A stretch of DNA of 64,000 bases from Candidatus Multivoradales bacterium (GCA_965248925.1 CBDFLE010000006.1:3136001-3200000), one strand, 5' to 3'. Numbered from the stretch's first letter, positions 20,086 through 30,523 are shown. Program-made: numbers and translations. Notes: generated by a model not told the origin, from the sequence alone.

Positions 20086-23000
20086 CAGTAGGGGGAGTCT
20101 CCAAATGATCCCGGGAGCAGCCTCTTCAAACAGTCCGAACCAACTCCATATGCGTCGCACTCCAAGATATTGGCAATCTGCGTTACCGACATTCCTTCGC
20201 GGAAGAGGCGCTGGATACGCGGTTCCCTTAGCTGCTTCTGATGCTTTCGTTCATGTTGACAAACACAGTAGTCAACACAGTCGTCACCAGAGGGGGCAAA
20301 TTTTGGACCCCCAACAGCGTTTCCAGCTTGGCGAATATTACCGTCCCTCTTCTGTTGCTCAATCCATGGTGGTCGAATTGACTCATTTCTGAACTTGCAA
20401 AATTGCTGACCAACTCGGCGAGATAACTGTAGTGCGCCAGATATCTGCGACGGATCACATGGGGTAGCGCAAGGCGGGGAAGCATCAGGTGGACAGGGAA
20501 TCAGGCCCCGGTTTGCCAGCGGATCACCAATAAATAGACCGAGGCCATCAGTGAGACTAAGCGGACGTCCATTGGCATACCAAAACCCATTGGCTTCGGA
20601 GTTACGACGGATGCCCAAGGGATCCAGCCGCGAGTACCTACCTCCAGTCGGCAGGTACCAGCGATGCACGTTGTGGAATGACGTGGTGCCAACGTCCCAA
20701 GCCGTATCCTGCCACTGCCCAGGGAACCGTAGAAATACTCCTTGATCTCCCGCGCCGGAGTAATCATTGCCGAAAGGCTCGAATCCCCCATCCTAAACAA
20801 CCATTGCGGCGGCATCTGAGGCTAAGACGGGAGTTCTGAGATGGTCAGTGGTGAGGTGGGTCGTACCCGTGTCGCTGATCTGCGCTACAGGCTGTCCGCT
20901 AAAGTAGAAGACGCCGCTTACAACGCCATCGGCGACCCGCTGTTGCAACATTCCCTCCGAGCTGTAGATGGCCGTCGTCTTGGTAGTTGAAAGGCAGGAA
21001 TCGGAACCCGGCTGTCCCCATGCAGATGTGTCGCCGGTCTCAAAGCCATCGCAGAAGAGCGCACCGCCAGAAGTGTCCGGTTTGAGGCCGGTAGCTCGGC
21101 GTAGGAAACTCCTCCCATCGTAGACCAGCTCTGAGTTGGCCTGAGCTGCCGGATGTTCGATCCTCGACAAGCGACCCGCAGCGTCGAAAGTGTAGGTCAC
21201 AGGATCGTCGTTATGGCTGACACCTACCTGGTTACCAGCCGTGTCAAAGTCATAGACACTGGCACCACCAGCCCCTAGCGCTACTTGGTCGAGTTTCGCT
21301 GTATTGCCAGTGCCAGCAGCGTTACTGAAGTACTGAGAGGTGTCGATCACACCATCACGGTTTTCGCTGAGGCGGTTCCCGATCTTGTCATAGGTCCACG
21401 CCAGCATACCCCAAGGGCCATCGCCCTGAGTTAGAGAGTATTGGTAGTCCTGGTAGGCATAGGTGCGGTTGCTCAACGGATCGAGCAGGTCGTTGATCGC
21501 TCTTATGTTGCCGACTCCGTCGGTGGTGTATTCCCAGTCGAGCAGCGTTCCGCCGGGACCGACGCCTGTAGTGCGATCAGGCTGGTAGCGGCTGTCATGT
21601 TGCCGGGTTTCGGTGACGCCGTTGCTGCGGGTCAGCTGCCGTAGCGGGCCAGTTGGTGAGTACAGAGCTCCCGTGACGACCGACTGGACTCCTTGGCCTG
21701 GCACGTCGGCATCGAGCGTCAGTTGACGGTCCGCGTGATCAAATGTGTAAATTGCCCTCACACCTCCAGGATACAGGATCTCGCGCTTGTTGCCATTGGC
21801 GTCGAAAGCGTAGGCCAGGACCCCGTCCTGGATCAGGCGGCCGAAGCGGTCGTACTGGCTGTCGATTGGCACATCGTCCCTATCGATTTGGGTAAGCCGG
21901 CCAAGACTGAAGGGCACTAGGGGATCGTCGTAGCGGTACGTCACGTCGAGGCTGTCGTCCGGGTAGCTCACAAGCGTAACCCGGGTTACTGAGGATCGGT
22001 GATCTTGCACGTCGTAGCCGAAAGTCGTCACGGCCAGCCCTCCAGCCGCACCACCGAAGGGCTGACTGACGGTAACTATTCGGTCGAGTTCGTCGTAGGA
22101 GTAGCTTGTGGTGGGGGTTGCTGTCTGGCCAGCGGACGGGTGGTTGGCGCCCCAGAGGCGTTCGATGTCGCCATCGCAATTGTAGGAATACTCGGTGATC
22201 GCCTGCTCGGGGCTGCCAGCACCTTCGATCATCTGGTCGAGATGGCAGCGGGTCGAGTAGACGTAGTCGGTAATCGACTCACTCGTCCAACTCGCGGCGT
22301 CCCAACTTTGCAGCTCTTCGCGGACCCGGTGACCGAAGCCATCGAGGGTGTAGAAGGTGCGCTCGACGTGGCTGCCCGGCAGGTCGTCTGGTTTGCGCTC
22401 GATGGACACCAATCGGCCTGTGGGATCGTAGCCATACTCCAGCACGTTGCCGCGCGGCAGTACGGTTTGGAAGAGGTCGCCAAAGACCGTGTAGCGCTGC
22501 TCGGTGATCAAATCCTCGGCCGGTACCGCACCTTTCTGGAGGCTGAACAGAACGCGATTGAGCGGGTCGTACTGCGTTTCGCTGGCTACGCCGTTGGGGT
22601 CGGTGACTGAAGTTCGGCGGTTGAATGGGTCATAGCCGAACAGGGTGCTGCCGATCAGCGGATCGGTGCGGCTGGCCAGCACCAGGCCGCCACGGGCAGC
22701 GTCCCAGGCGCTGGTGGTGACATCGGCGGTGCCATAGCCGGGTTGATCGCGATCTTCTGGCTGGCCCTCGGCGGTGTAGGTGGTCGTGGTGGTGTAGCTG
22801 AAGGCTTGGCCGTCTTCTACCCCTTCGTCGATGCGGTCGGTGGCGTTGCCTCGGCCACTGAGGGTGAAGGTGGTACGGCGGAAATCGAGAGGGCTGCCAG
22901 TGGTCGAGGGACGCTCGATCTCGGTGATCAGCGCCGGGTAGGTGAGGTCGCGCTGCCAAGTGGTCTCGCGCTCCTCCGCCGTGCCCAGAGCTTCGACACG

Positions 23001-24665
23001 GGAGATTGCTTGGCCGTTGGCGTCGTAGGTGGTCAGGGTCGTTGTGCCGCCGCCGTCGATCTGGCGGGTGGGGCGCAGGGGGTGAGCCGGATCCTCATAG
23101 AACAGCCGGCTGTTGGGGCCGGTGCCGCAGCTTGGGCAAGAGCCTTCGAGCTGCTCCAGGCGAGGCTTGCGGCTCTCGGAGTCGCGGCCCAAGGTGTAGG
23201 TGGAGATCTCGCCCATCGGGTCGGTGACCGTGGTGACCATCGGCAGCTGGGGATGGTCGAAGCTCATCGACCAGCGATCGACGGCGCCGGCATCGTTGAA
23301 GTTGGCCGCGCCTTTCCACATTTGCACTACATTGCCGAAGGGATCATAGGCCCAGGAGCCCGCGATCCGCTCGCTAGCGTCTGTACCCGCCAGGCTCATT
23401 CGGGTCATGTAGCCCGGCAAGGTTGGGTCATCGTAGAGGAAAACCCAGGCGGTGCCGTCGGGTCGGTCGATGCGGGTGAGGTCTTGACCGGTGAAGGTGT
23501 AACCCCAGGTGCGGCTGGTGATTCCGTCGCTGCCGACTTCTGTAATCGAGTCCAGCCTGCCGCCCGCCGAGTAGGTGAAGGTCTCCGAGCGGCCATCGGG
23601 GAAGCTGACGGCGGTCAGCCGGCCAGTGCCATCGCGGGTGGCGGTCTTGGCGTTGCCGTTGCGGTCGGTGGTCGAGGACCATAGGCCGGTGTCGTCGAAT
23701 TGCTTCAGGGTGCCGTCTAGATCGAGCAGGGTCCAGCCGGTCGGGGTCTTGGTCAGGGTGCGGTACTCATCGCTGGGAATCGTGCGGTCGTAATCCCCAT
23801 CCATGTCCAAGTCCGTAAAGCAACGGAAAGTAGCGTAGCGAGTGAGCAGCCAGACGTTGCTGTCGTCGGGGTCGCGAGCGATTCTCTCGGCGTAATCATG
23901 GCTCCAATAGCGCCCCAACTCGGCGGTGATGCCGGCTGAGCCGGGGTAGGTCGGATGGCCAACGCCTCCCGCGTGGTAGCGCAGTAGGGCGCCGGGGCCG
24001 CTCTGCGGCGGCGAGGCGCCGCCTCCACCACCACCCGCACTGCCGCCGACCCCGCCACCTGAACCAACGCAAGAGGAGCATTCTTCATCTTCTGGGCAGC
24101 CGCTGGGCGGGGGTGGGGGTGGGCAGAGGGGCGACAGGCTGAAGTCGACTACTTGGGTGGTTTCTTTCGGGCAATGGGGGCACAAGAAGCCGACGCAGGG
24201 GCAGGCGGTGGCGGTGATCGTGTAGCTGGCCATCAGGTCGCTGCACGAGCTGGTGATGCCCCAGCTCAAGGTACCGTGATCTTCCTCGATCACCGCGCCC
24301 GAGAGACCGCAGGTGCCCAGGGTACCGCCGCCGCTGGGGGTCACCGTGACGGTGGCGAAGCTGTAGAGGAAGCCCGAGGCGCTGGGATCGTTCTGGTGGT
24401 TGCCGGAAAAGTCGATCGGCACTTCGATGGTGATGGCGCAGGATTCGATCGCCGGGTCGCAGCCAGCCTCGGGGGTGAAGGTGGCGCCGGAGATGACCGG
24501 CGTGTAGCAGCGGGAGCCGGTGGAGCAGTTCGAGGGTTGGTCAGCGAAGAATCCTTGTTCGAGGTAAGTGAGGACGCCGCTGCAGGAAGTGCCGGCTTGT
24601 GCGGGGTGGGCGTTGAAAGCGATGAGGACTATAACGAGATTCACGATCGGTCTTCTGAACTGCAT
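20085..24665 (-). pseudogene. Rhs/YD-repeat polymorphic toxin with an in-frame TAG at 20793-20795
   Basis: Signal peptide, Cys-rich N-terminus and YD repeats. The core reads 'TDHLRTPV...VV*DGGFEPFG...LRFPGQW...HNVHRWY...GRYSRLDPLG...DGLGL' in one frame across the stop, then a C-terminal HExxH domain. Confidence 0.85.
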
Positions 24666-25266
24666 CTGGATATTCTCCTTGCTGGTTTGGCTCTCATCGC
24701 AGATTTTTAACTAGCTTCCATTCTCAGTTTCTGTGCCTTTCTCTTTTCTTGGCGATCTTCGCCAGATTCGCTGCTGGATGACGGCGTTAGCTCTTTGGTT
24801 CACGGTTAGGGACCGATCCTGTGATTGGAATCGTTCCAGAGAATACACTAAATATAGAGATTAATCTCTATCGAATGTGATTCTCTGATCTGTATCTCGG
24901 TTAGCTGAGTTCATCGCCTCCTCACGGTTTGGCGGTCGACGGTGTCTGACCAGGGCCAGCGAATGGTTTCGCACCGAGTGTCTGAGCAGCGGCTGGCTGA
25001 CCCCGGCTGTGCCGTAGGCTGAGGCCACGACCCCCCCCTGCCAAGAAGGCCGGGAGGATCGCCCAACACCCCGTTGCCGGCGTCGGTACGCTGGCGGCCA
25101 ACCCCCCATGGAGCGCTGGACGCTCCGGTGGGGGAAGGAGTACTCGATGAGTGCAATTGAAACAGAGACCACGTCATTCTTACGCTGCCAGTCCGAGAGA
25201 GGCTCGGTCGTTTTTCTTAGCAGCATGCAATAAATCGGCGCAATTATCTTGCCCAGCGGATAGCCC

Positions 25267-25626
25267 TCACATTCGCCGGGCTCCGCCAGGGGAAAGACCT
25301 AGCGTCTGGCTCCGACGGAGTTCGGCTTGGGCGGCTTCGATCGCCGCTAACGTTAGACCCTTGGCAGAGTGCTGGACGTAGCTCAGTCGCTGCAACGCGG
25401 CTGCGGCGATGCAATTGCCCTTGCGGGGTTCCAAGAGACGACCCACAGCATTTGCGGCCTTATGGGCTGCCATCAAATCACCGCGCTCCAGCAGCAGGGA
25501 TATCAGATCGAGAGTGACTAGCGACCAGTCGAAAAGGTTGAGCGGCCAAAGAAGCTCTTCCGATTGACGCAAGGAACTCTCGGCCGCGGCGCTATTTCCA
25601 AGCCTGCGCTGGGTGCTCGCTGGCAA
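25267..25626 (-). pseudogene. C-terminal remnant of a helical TPR-like protein
   Basis: 'FDWSLVTLDLISLLLERGD...AAAALQRL' resembles the C-terminal helix pair of Acidobacterial TPR-like proteins. No credible start or RBS. Confidence 0.35.
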
Positions 25627-26472
25627 GGCGACGAAGACCCGGCGCCGCAGCTCTACCCACTGGGCAGATGGGGCAACCTAATCGCCGACCTACGCCAAGA
25701 CAGCGATGCCTTGTTGGGCTACATGGCCGCGTCGGATGCGGATTTGTGGGAGCAGTGGGATACCCACGCCGCCGACAGCCAATGTCTGCCCAATTGGCGC
25801 AGCAAGGCCGGAGCTGAGGTGTGGCTGGTGACCCGTGAGCACGACCTGCGGCGGCAAACTTCCTTCGGTGCCATCGCCCAGCTGATCAAAACCTGGCGGC
25901 TGATGCTGAATTCCCGCGACGGCTCAGCGCCAGCCGAACTGCTGGCCAGCGTGCAGAACTTGATCCAAGAGCTGCTGCTCTTTGCCCGTGCGCCAGAGCA
26001 TTCAAATTCAACGTCCGCCCCAGATCGTAGCCGAGGCGTTGAGAACCTTGGCGATGATGCCGTACCCCGCGGCACTTCGTCCCCCATCCACGGTTCGGGG
26101 GCTACATCCCTCGTCCCCGAACCGGATCCTTTTTCAACAGCTTCTCGACAGGACTCCAACGTGAAACCAGAACGCATCCAACTCGGCATGAAAGACCTTT
26201 CTCATTGGCGGCAGGAGGGCGACTCAGCAACGTTTGTTTGCTCGCTGCAATTCGACGATCAGCAGGCGGCGCAGAATTTCTTGAAGACAATGCTGAAGAT
26301 GGCGCGGAACTTGAGCGTCGAACTCGATGTCAACCTGCGCGGTCTTAGTCTCACCCTGATTCTGCCGGCAACCCGCGAGAAGCTCAGGGAAGGCCATCTG
26401 CTACTGGCGCGCGGGGTCGAAAGCCTGGCCGGCTTGTCCGACACGGGCGTGCAACGCGAGGAATCGCGATGA
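25564..26472 (+). CDS. Hypothetical protein or fragment ending in a pterin-4a-carbinolamine dehydratase-like domain (possible true start GTG 26161)
   Basis: 'KPERIQ..MKDLSHWRQEG...LQFDDQQAAQNF...V.L....LTL.L......H.LLAR.VE' fits the PCD fold but lacks the HHP catalytic motif. Confidence 0.45.
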   Translation: MTQGTLGRGAISKPALGARWQGDEDPAPQLYPLGRWGNLIADLRQDSDALLGYMAASDADLWEQWDTHAADSQCLPNWRSKAGAEVWLVTREHDLRRQTSFGAIAQLIKTWRLMLNSRDGSAPAELLASVQNLIQELLLFARAPEHSNSTSAPDRSRGVENLGDDAVPRGTSSPIHGSGATSLVPEPDPFSTASRQDSNVKPERIQLGMKDLSHWRQEGDSATFVCSLQFDDQQAAQNFLKTMLKMARNLSVELDVNLRGLSLTLILPATREKLREGHLLLARGVESLAGLSDTGVQREESR

Positions 26473-26717
26473 GCACTTCGGCTAGAGCTGGCGAGGCGAG
26501 GAGGGTGGCACCTTGCACCCACCTTCCCCAAATAGGGTCATTCGCTAGAGGGGGGCAAGGCCAAGAAAATCCCCGACTGTAATGATGTCTGTAATCTGTA
26601 TCTATTTGAATGAGTGACTAGGCGGAGTCGCAGAGGCGGGCATGCGCGCCTCTTGTGTTTGGGGGATCAGTTTTCGATTGGGTTGTAGCGGTTCTGGCGT
26701 CAGGGTGCGAGGTGGTG

Positions 26718-27362
26718 ATGTTGCCAGAGAACGAAATAGGTATCAGTAGTAGTCCGTTTCCTGTTCTTCGGGTGGCGGAAGAGTTGTTGGTGATCGGGGC
26801 GTCGGCTGGCGGTCCGCAAGCGGTGCGCGAACTGTTGTCGGCTCTGCCGGTGGACTATCCGACGGCGGTTATCGTCGTGCAGCATATTCCCAGCCAGTTT
26901 ACCAAGGTCTTGGCGCGACAGCTCGACGACCAGCTCGATTGGTCGGTGCGGGAAGGGCGCGATGGCGATTTGTTAGCCGAGGGGCAGGTCTTCTTGGCGG
27001 CTGGAGAACGGCATCTGCTGGTGGGCCAGGATCGGCGCATAGCCCTGATCGAGGGCCCCAAGATCCGAGGCCAGCGGCCGTCGATCGACATGGCGATGAA
27101 ATCAGCGGCGCAATGCTACGGCAGCCGTTGCCGCGGCGCCTTGCTGACCGGCATGGGCGAGGACGGCGCTCAGGGTTTAGCGACCATTCGCGCCCACGGC
27201 GGCGCCACTTTTGTCCAGAATGCCGAGTCCTGTGTCGCCGTGAGCATGCCCCAAGGAGCCCTCGACCTTGGCGTGGTCGACGAGGTCGCCAGTCCCTACG
27301 ATATTGCCGCCAGTTTGGTGGCGACGGCTGCTCGGCTGCGCCTGTCGCGCTCTGCCGGCTGA
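26718..27362 (+). CDS. cheB: Stand-alone CheB-type methylesterase domain
   Basis: 'IGASAGG' (Ser), 'VQHIP' (His), 'RPSID' and 'LTGMGEDGAQG' (Asp). No receiver domain. Confidence 0.85.
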   Translation: MLPENEIGISSSPFPVLRVAEELLVIGASAGGPQAVRELLSALPVDYPTAVIVVQHIPSQFTKVLARQLDDQLDWSVREGRDGDLLAEGQVFLAAGERHLLVGQDRRIALIEGPKIRGQRPSIDMAMKSAAQCYGSRCRGALLTGMGEDGAQGLATIRAHGGATFVQNAESCVAVSMPQGALDLGVVDEVASPYDIAASLVATAARLRLSRSAG

Positions 27363-27364
27363 TC

Positions 27365-28447
27365 TCAGGCTTCGACCCGCGCCTCCTCTTCCATGCGCTG
27401 GGCTTGGAAGTGGCTGGTCAGCGGATCGATGATCGCATCCATATCCCCTTCGAGCACCGCGGGTAGGCGGTGCAGGGTGAGGCCAATGCGGTGGTCGGTG
27501 ACGCGGTTCTGCGGGAAATTGTAGGTCCGGATCTTCTCCGAGCGATCGCCGGAGCCGACCATCTTGCGGCGTTCCGCTGACAACTCGGCATTGGCTTTTT
27601 CCTGCTCGGCTTGCAGCAGTCGAGACTTGAGCACCCGCATGGCTTTGGCTTTGTTCTTGATCTGGCTGCGCTCGTCCTGGCAGCTGACCACCAGGCCGGA
27701 GGGCAGGTGGGTGAGGCGTATTGCCGAATACGTGGTGTTGACTCCCTGGCCACCGGGTCCCGAGGAGCAGAAGCGATCGATGCGCAGATCTTTCTCTTCG
27801 ATGTGGATTTCGACTTCCTCGGCCTCTGGCAGCACCGCCACGGTGACCGCCGAGGTGTGGATCCGTCCCGAAGCCTCGGTCTGCGGCACCCGCTGCACCC
27901 GGTGAACGCCCCCTTCGTACTTCAGCCGGCTGTAAACCCGCTTGCCTTCGATGATCGCCTCGACATCTTTGATGCCGCCAGCCTCGGATTCAGAGATGGA
28001 TATGATCTCCACCTTCCAGCCTTGGCGCTCAGCGTAGCGGCTGTACATCCGCAGTAGTTCGGCGGCAAAGAGAGTGGCTTCGTCACCACCGGTGCCGGCG
28101 CGAACCTCGAGCACTACGTTGCGCTGATCGTTGGGATCTTTGGGCACCAATTCCACCCGGATGCGGCTGTCGATATCGGCCAACCGCCGGGTCAGGCCGA
28201 CGCGCTCTTCTTGCACCATCTCGAGCAGCTCGTCGTCCTTGGGCAGGCCGGCGAGCATTTCTTCGATGTCGGTGAGTTCATCGGCGAGCTTCTTCTGCTG
28301 CCGGTAAAGCTCCACCACGGTGGCGATTTCAGCCAGCGACTTGTTGGCCTCGCGGAAGCGATTCTGGTCGCTGATCACCTGCGGGTCGGAGAGACTCTGG
28401 GTGAGTTCTTCGTAGGCGCGTTCTATTTGGTCGAGTTTCTCAAGCAT
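27365..28447 (-). CDS. prfA: Peptide chain release factor 1
   Basis: GGQ motif ('[12 protein letters not shown]'), RF1 PxT motif ('VPQTE') and '[17 protein letters not shown]'. Confidence 0.97.
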   Translation of the reverse strand: MLEKLDQIERAYEELTQSLSDPQVISDQNRFREANKSLAEIATVVELYRQQKKLADELTDIEEMLAGLPKDDELLEMVQEERVGLTRRLADIDSRIRVELVPKDPNDQRNVVLEVRAGTGGDEATLFAAELLRMYSRYAERQGWKVEIISISESEAGGIKDVEAIIEGKRVYSRLKYEGGVHRVQRVPQTEASGRIHTSAVTVAVLPEAEEVEIHIEEKDLRIDRFCSSGPGGQGVNTTYSAIRLTHLPSGLVVSCQDERSQIKNKAKAMRVLKSRLLQAEQEKANAELSAERRKMVGSGDRSEKIRTYNFPQNRVTDHRIGLTLHRLPAVLEGDMDAIIDPLTSHFQAQRMEEEARVEA

Positions 28448-28606
28448 GGATGAACTCCAGCGGTGGCCGGGTGGACTCTGGGGTCGTTCGTCGCGATGCC
28501 GACGATCGGTGCGGATGGCAGGCTATATAAACGCTCGCTGAGTCACAAGGGCGGGCGGTCTCGCCAGCCGCTATGATCACCACTCACTGAAACAACGGAA
28601 GAATCG

Positions 28607-30064
28607 ATGCCGAGAATTCCACCCGCAGCCATGCCGACCCCGATCCGATGGGCGACGGCCCTCTCCTGCACCCTACTGGTGCTACCCGCTGCCTGTCGCA
28701 GCATCCCCGAGGAGTTCAGCATCCCCGAGGAGTTCAGCATCCCCGAGGAGTTGCCGACGACCGTTTCCGGCCTAGCAGTAGCCGGGTTGATCGAGCCCAC
28801 CCCGCAGCTGGGTCGCCAGCGGGCGATCGCAGCCGGCCCTTTGCCCGCCGATCCAGATCCACAGGGGCCTGCTTTGCTGTGGTCGGCAGAACTAGGTAGC
28901 GAAGCCTACGGTGGTCCCGCCATCGCTGGCGAGCTGGTGCTGGTGGGAACCAACAATGCCCATCCCCGCGACTCCGAAGTGACCGACGATCATGGGGTCC
29001 TGATGGCCTTTCGCCGCGCCGACGGTGAGTTTCTCTGGCAGCATCGCCACCCCAAACTGAAGAGTGGCCGGATCAATGATTGGCCGCTCCAGGGGGTCGG
29101 CTCGACCCCCGCCTGGGATGGGGAGCAGCTGTACTATGTTTCGAATCGTGCCGAGTTAGTGGCTCTCGACGCCGCTCAGGGAAGGCTGATCTGGAGCTTT
29201 GATTTGATCGCCGAACTTGGCGTGTTTCCCCACCACTTGGCCTCGTCCTCGCCTCTGCTGCTGGGCGAGAAGCTGCTGTTGATCACCGGCAATGGGGTCG
29301 ACCGGAGTGGCCGACCGCCGCATCCAGAGGCGCCTAGTTTCGCCGCCTTCGATCGCCGCTCGGGAGCCCTGTTGTGGAGTGACGCCTCGCCTGGCACGGG
29401 CATCTTGGATGGTCAGTGGGCGAGCCCGTCTTACGGTGTTGTCGAGGGTCGGTCGCAGGTGGTTTTTGCCGCTGGCGATGGGTGGATCTACTCCCTATCT
29501 CCAGGCGACGGGGAGCTGCTGTGGAAGTGCGACGCCAATGCCCACCTGAGCCCGGGTGAGCGACGCGAGAATCTGGTGGCGAGCGCGGTTTTCCACGGCG
29601 ACCGGGTCTATGCCGCCATCGGCCACGATCCCGAGTTAGGTGCGGGCCGCGGCCGTCTGTGGGCGATCGATGCAGGGGGCCAGGGTGACGTCACCGGCGA
29701 GCGGGTGCAGTGGTCCTACGCGGCCGAGGATTTCAGCGTCGTTCTCGGCACTCCGGCGGTTGGCGGTGGCCGGCTCTTTGTCGCCGACCTCAACGGTTTC
29801 GTCCACGCACTGGACCTTGGCAGCGGCGAAAGGCTGTGGAGTTACGACACCTTCGCTGCCATTTGGGCCTCGCCCTTGTTGGCCGACGGCAAGCTCTACG
29901 TCGGTGACGAAGATGGCGATTTGGCGGTGCTCGACGCGGCCAGCGGGGAACTTCTCGCCGAGCCCAATCTGGGAGATTCGATCTACGCTGACCCCACCGC
30001 CGCCGATGGTGTTCTCTACGTCGCCAGCCGCAGCCGGCTCTATGCCTTTTCTGGCGTGGACTAG
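28607..30064 (+). CDS. PQQ-like beta-propeller lipoprotein (BamB-like family)
   Basis: 'LPAAC' lipobox, repeated 'A.D...G..LW' blades, and 'SSPL'/'ASPL' motifs. Confidence 0.82.
   Translation: MPRIPPAAMPTPIRWATALSCTLLVLPAACRSIPEEFSIPEEFSIPEELPTTVSGLAVAGLIEPTPQLGRQRAIAAGPLPADPDPQGPALLWSAELGSEAYGGPAIAGELVLVGTNNAHPRDSEVTDDHGVLMAFRRADGEFLWQHRHPKLKSGRINDWPLQGVGSTPAWDGEQLYYVSNRAELVALDAAQGRLIWSFDLIAELGVFPHHLASSSPLLLGEKLLLITGNGVDRSGRPPHPEAPSFAAFDRRSGALLWSDASPGTGILDGQWASPSYGVVEGRSQVVFAAGDGWIYSLSPGDGELLWKCDANAHLSPGERRENLVASAVFHGDRVYAAIGHDPELGAGRGRLWAIDAGGQGDVTGERVQWSYAAEDFSVVLGTPAVGGGRLFVADLNGFVHALDLGSGERLWSYDTFAAIWASPLLADGKLYVGDEDGDLAVLDAASGELLAEPNLGDSIYADPTAADGVLYVASRSRLYAFSGVD
28699..28752 (+). repeat. 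18-bp tandem repeat, 3 copies (CAGCATCCCCGAGGAGTT)
   Basis: Three exact in-frame copies encoding SIPEEF/SIPEEF/SIPEEL. Confidence 0.95.
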
Positions 30065-30091
30065 GTTTTTCCGGCTAGCGGATTCTCGGTG

Positions 30092-30523
30092 TCAGTCCTT
30101 GAGAATCGGCCGTACCCATTCCAGACCTAGAGACTTGCTGTTTCGCACCAGTCGCAGGTCAGCCGTCCAGAGGTCGGCCTGTAACAGCTCGGCCACCGCC
30201 AGATAGCTGGCGTCGTAGACGCTAAGAGCTGTTAGGCGACCTGCCCAGTCCAACACCGCGTGAGCCAATGCTTCGTTAGGCGGCTGGGAAGTGATCGGAA
30301 ACTCCAGCAGTGCGGTGAGGGCAGTGGTGGCAGAAGTTGAGGAGATCTGGCCAATGCCGGATGCCTTGCGGAGTGCCGAGGTGGCTTCATAGATCCATAG
30401 AGTCGGGGCAAAGATCTCGGTTCCAGCTTCGGTCAAGTCTCCCACCTGCTGTGTTGCAGATTCGGAATAGGGAGTTGGGAAGACCAACGCTACAACCACG
30501 TTGGCGGCCAGGACAGCCTTCAT
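30092..30523 (-). CDS. vapC: VapC-family PIN domain toxin (first catalytic Asp appears replaced by Ala)
   Basis: 'APTLWIYEATSAL', 'LSVYDASYLAVA' and 'LWTADLRL'. The N-terminus reads 'VLAANV' rather than 'VLDANV'. Confidence 0.85.
   Translation of the reverse strand: MKAVLAANVVVALVFPTPYSESATQQVGDLTEAGTEIFAPTLWIYEATSALRKASGIGQISSTSATTALTALLEFPITSQPPNEALAHAVLDWAGRLTALSVYDASYLAVAELLQADLWTADLRLVRNSKSLGLEWVRPILKD

Noticed and set aside
20793-20795. Programmed amber read-through (pyrrolysine or recoding) in the Rhs gene
   Set aside because: TAG is used as an ordinary stop by many genes here, RF1 is intact and no pyl genes are visible. A TGG-to-TAG point change is simpler.
24700-25260. Possible small ORFs or ncRNA upstream of the Rhs gene
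   Set aside because: No recognisable protein or RNA motif. Treated as intergenic or regulatory DNA, though I cannot exclude an ncRNA.
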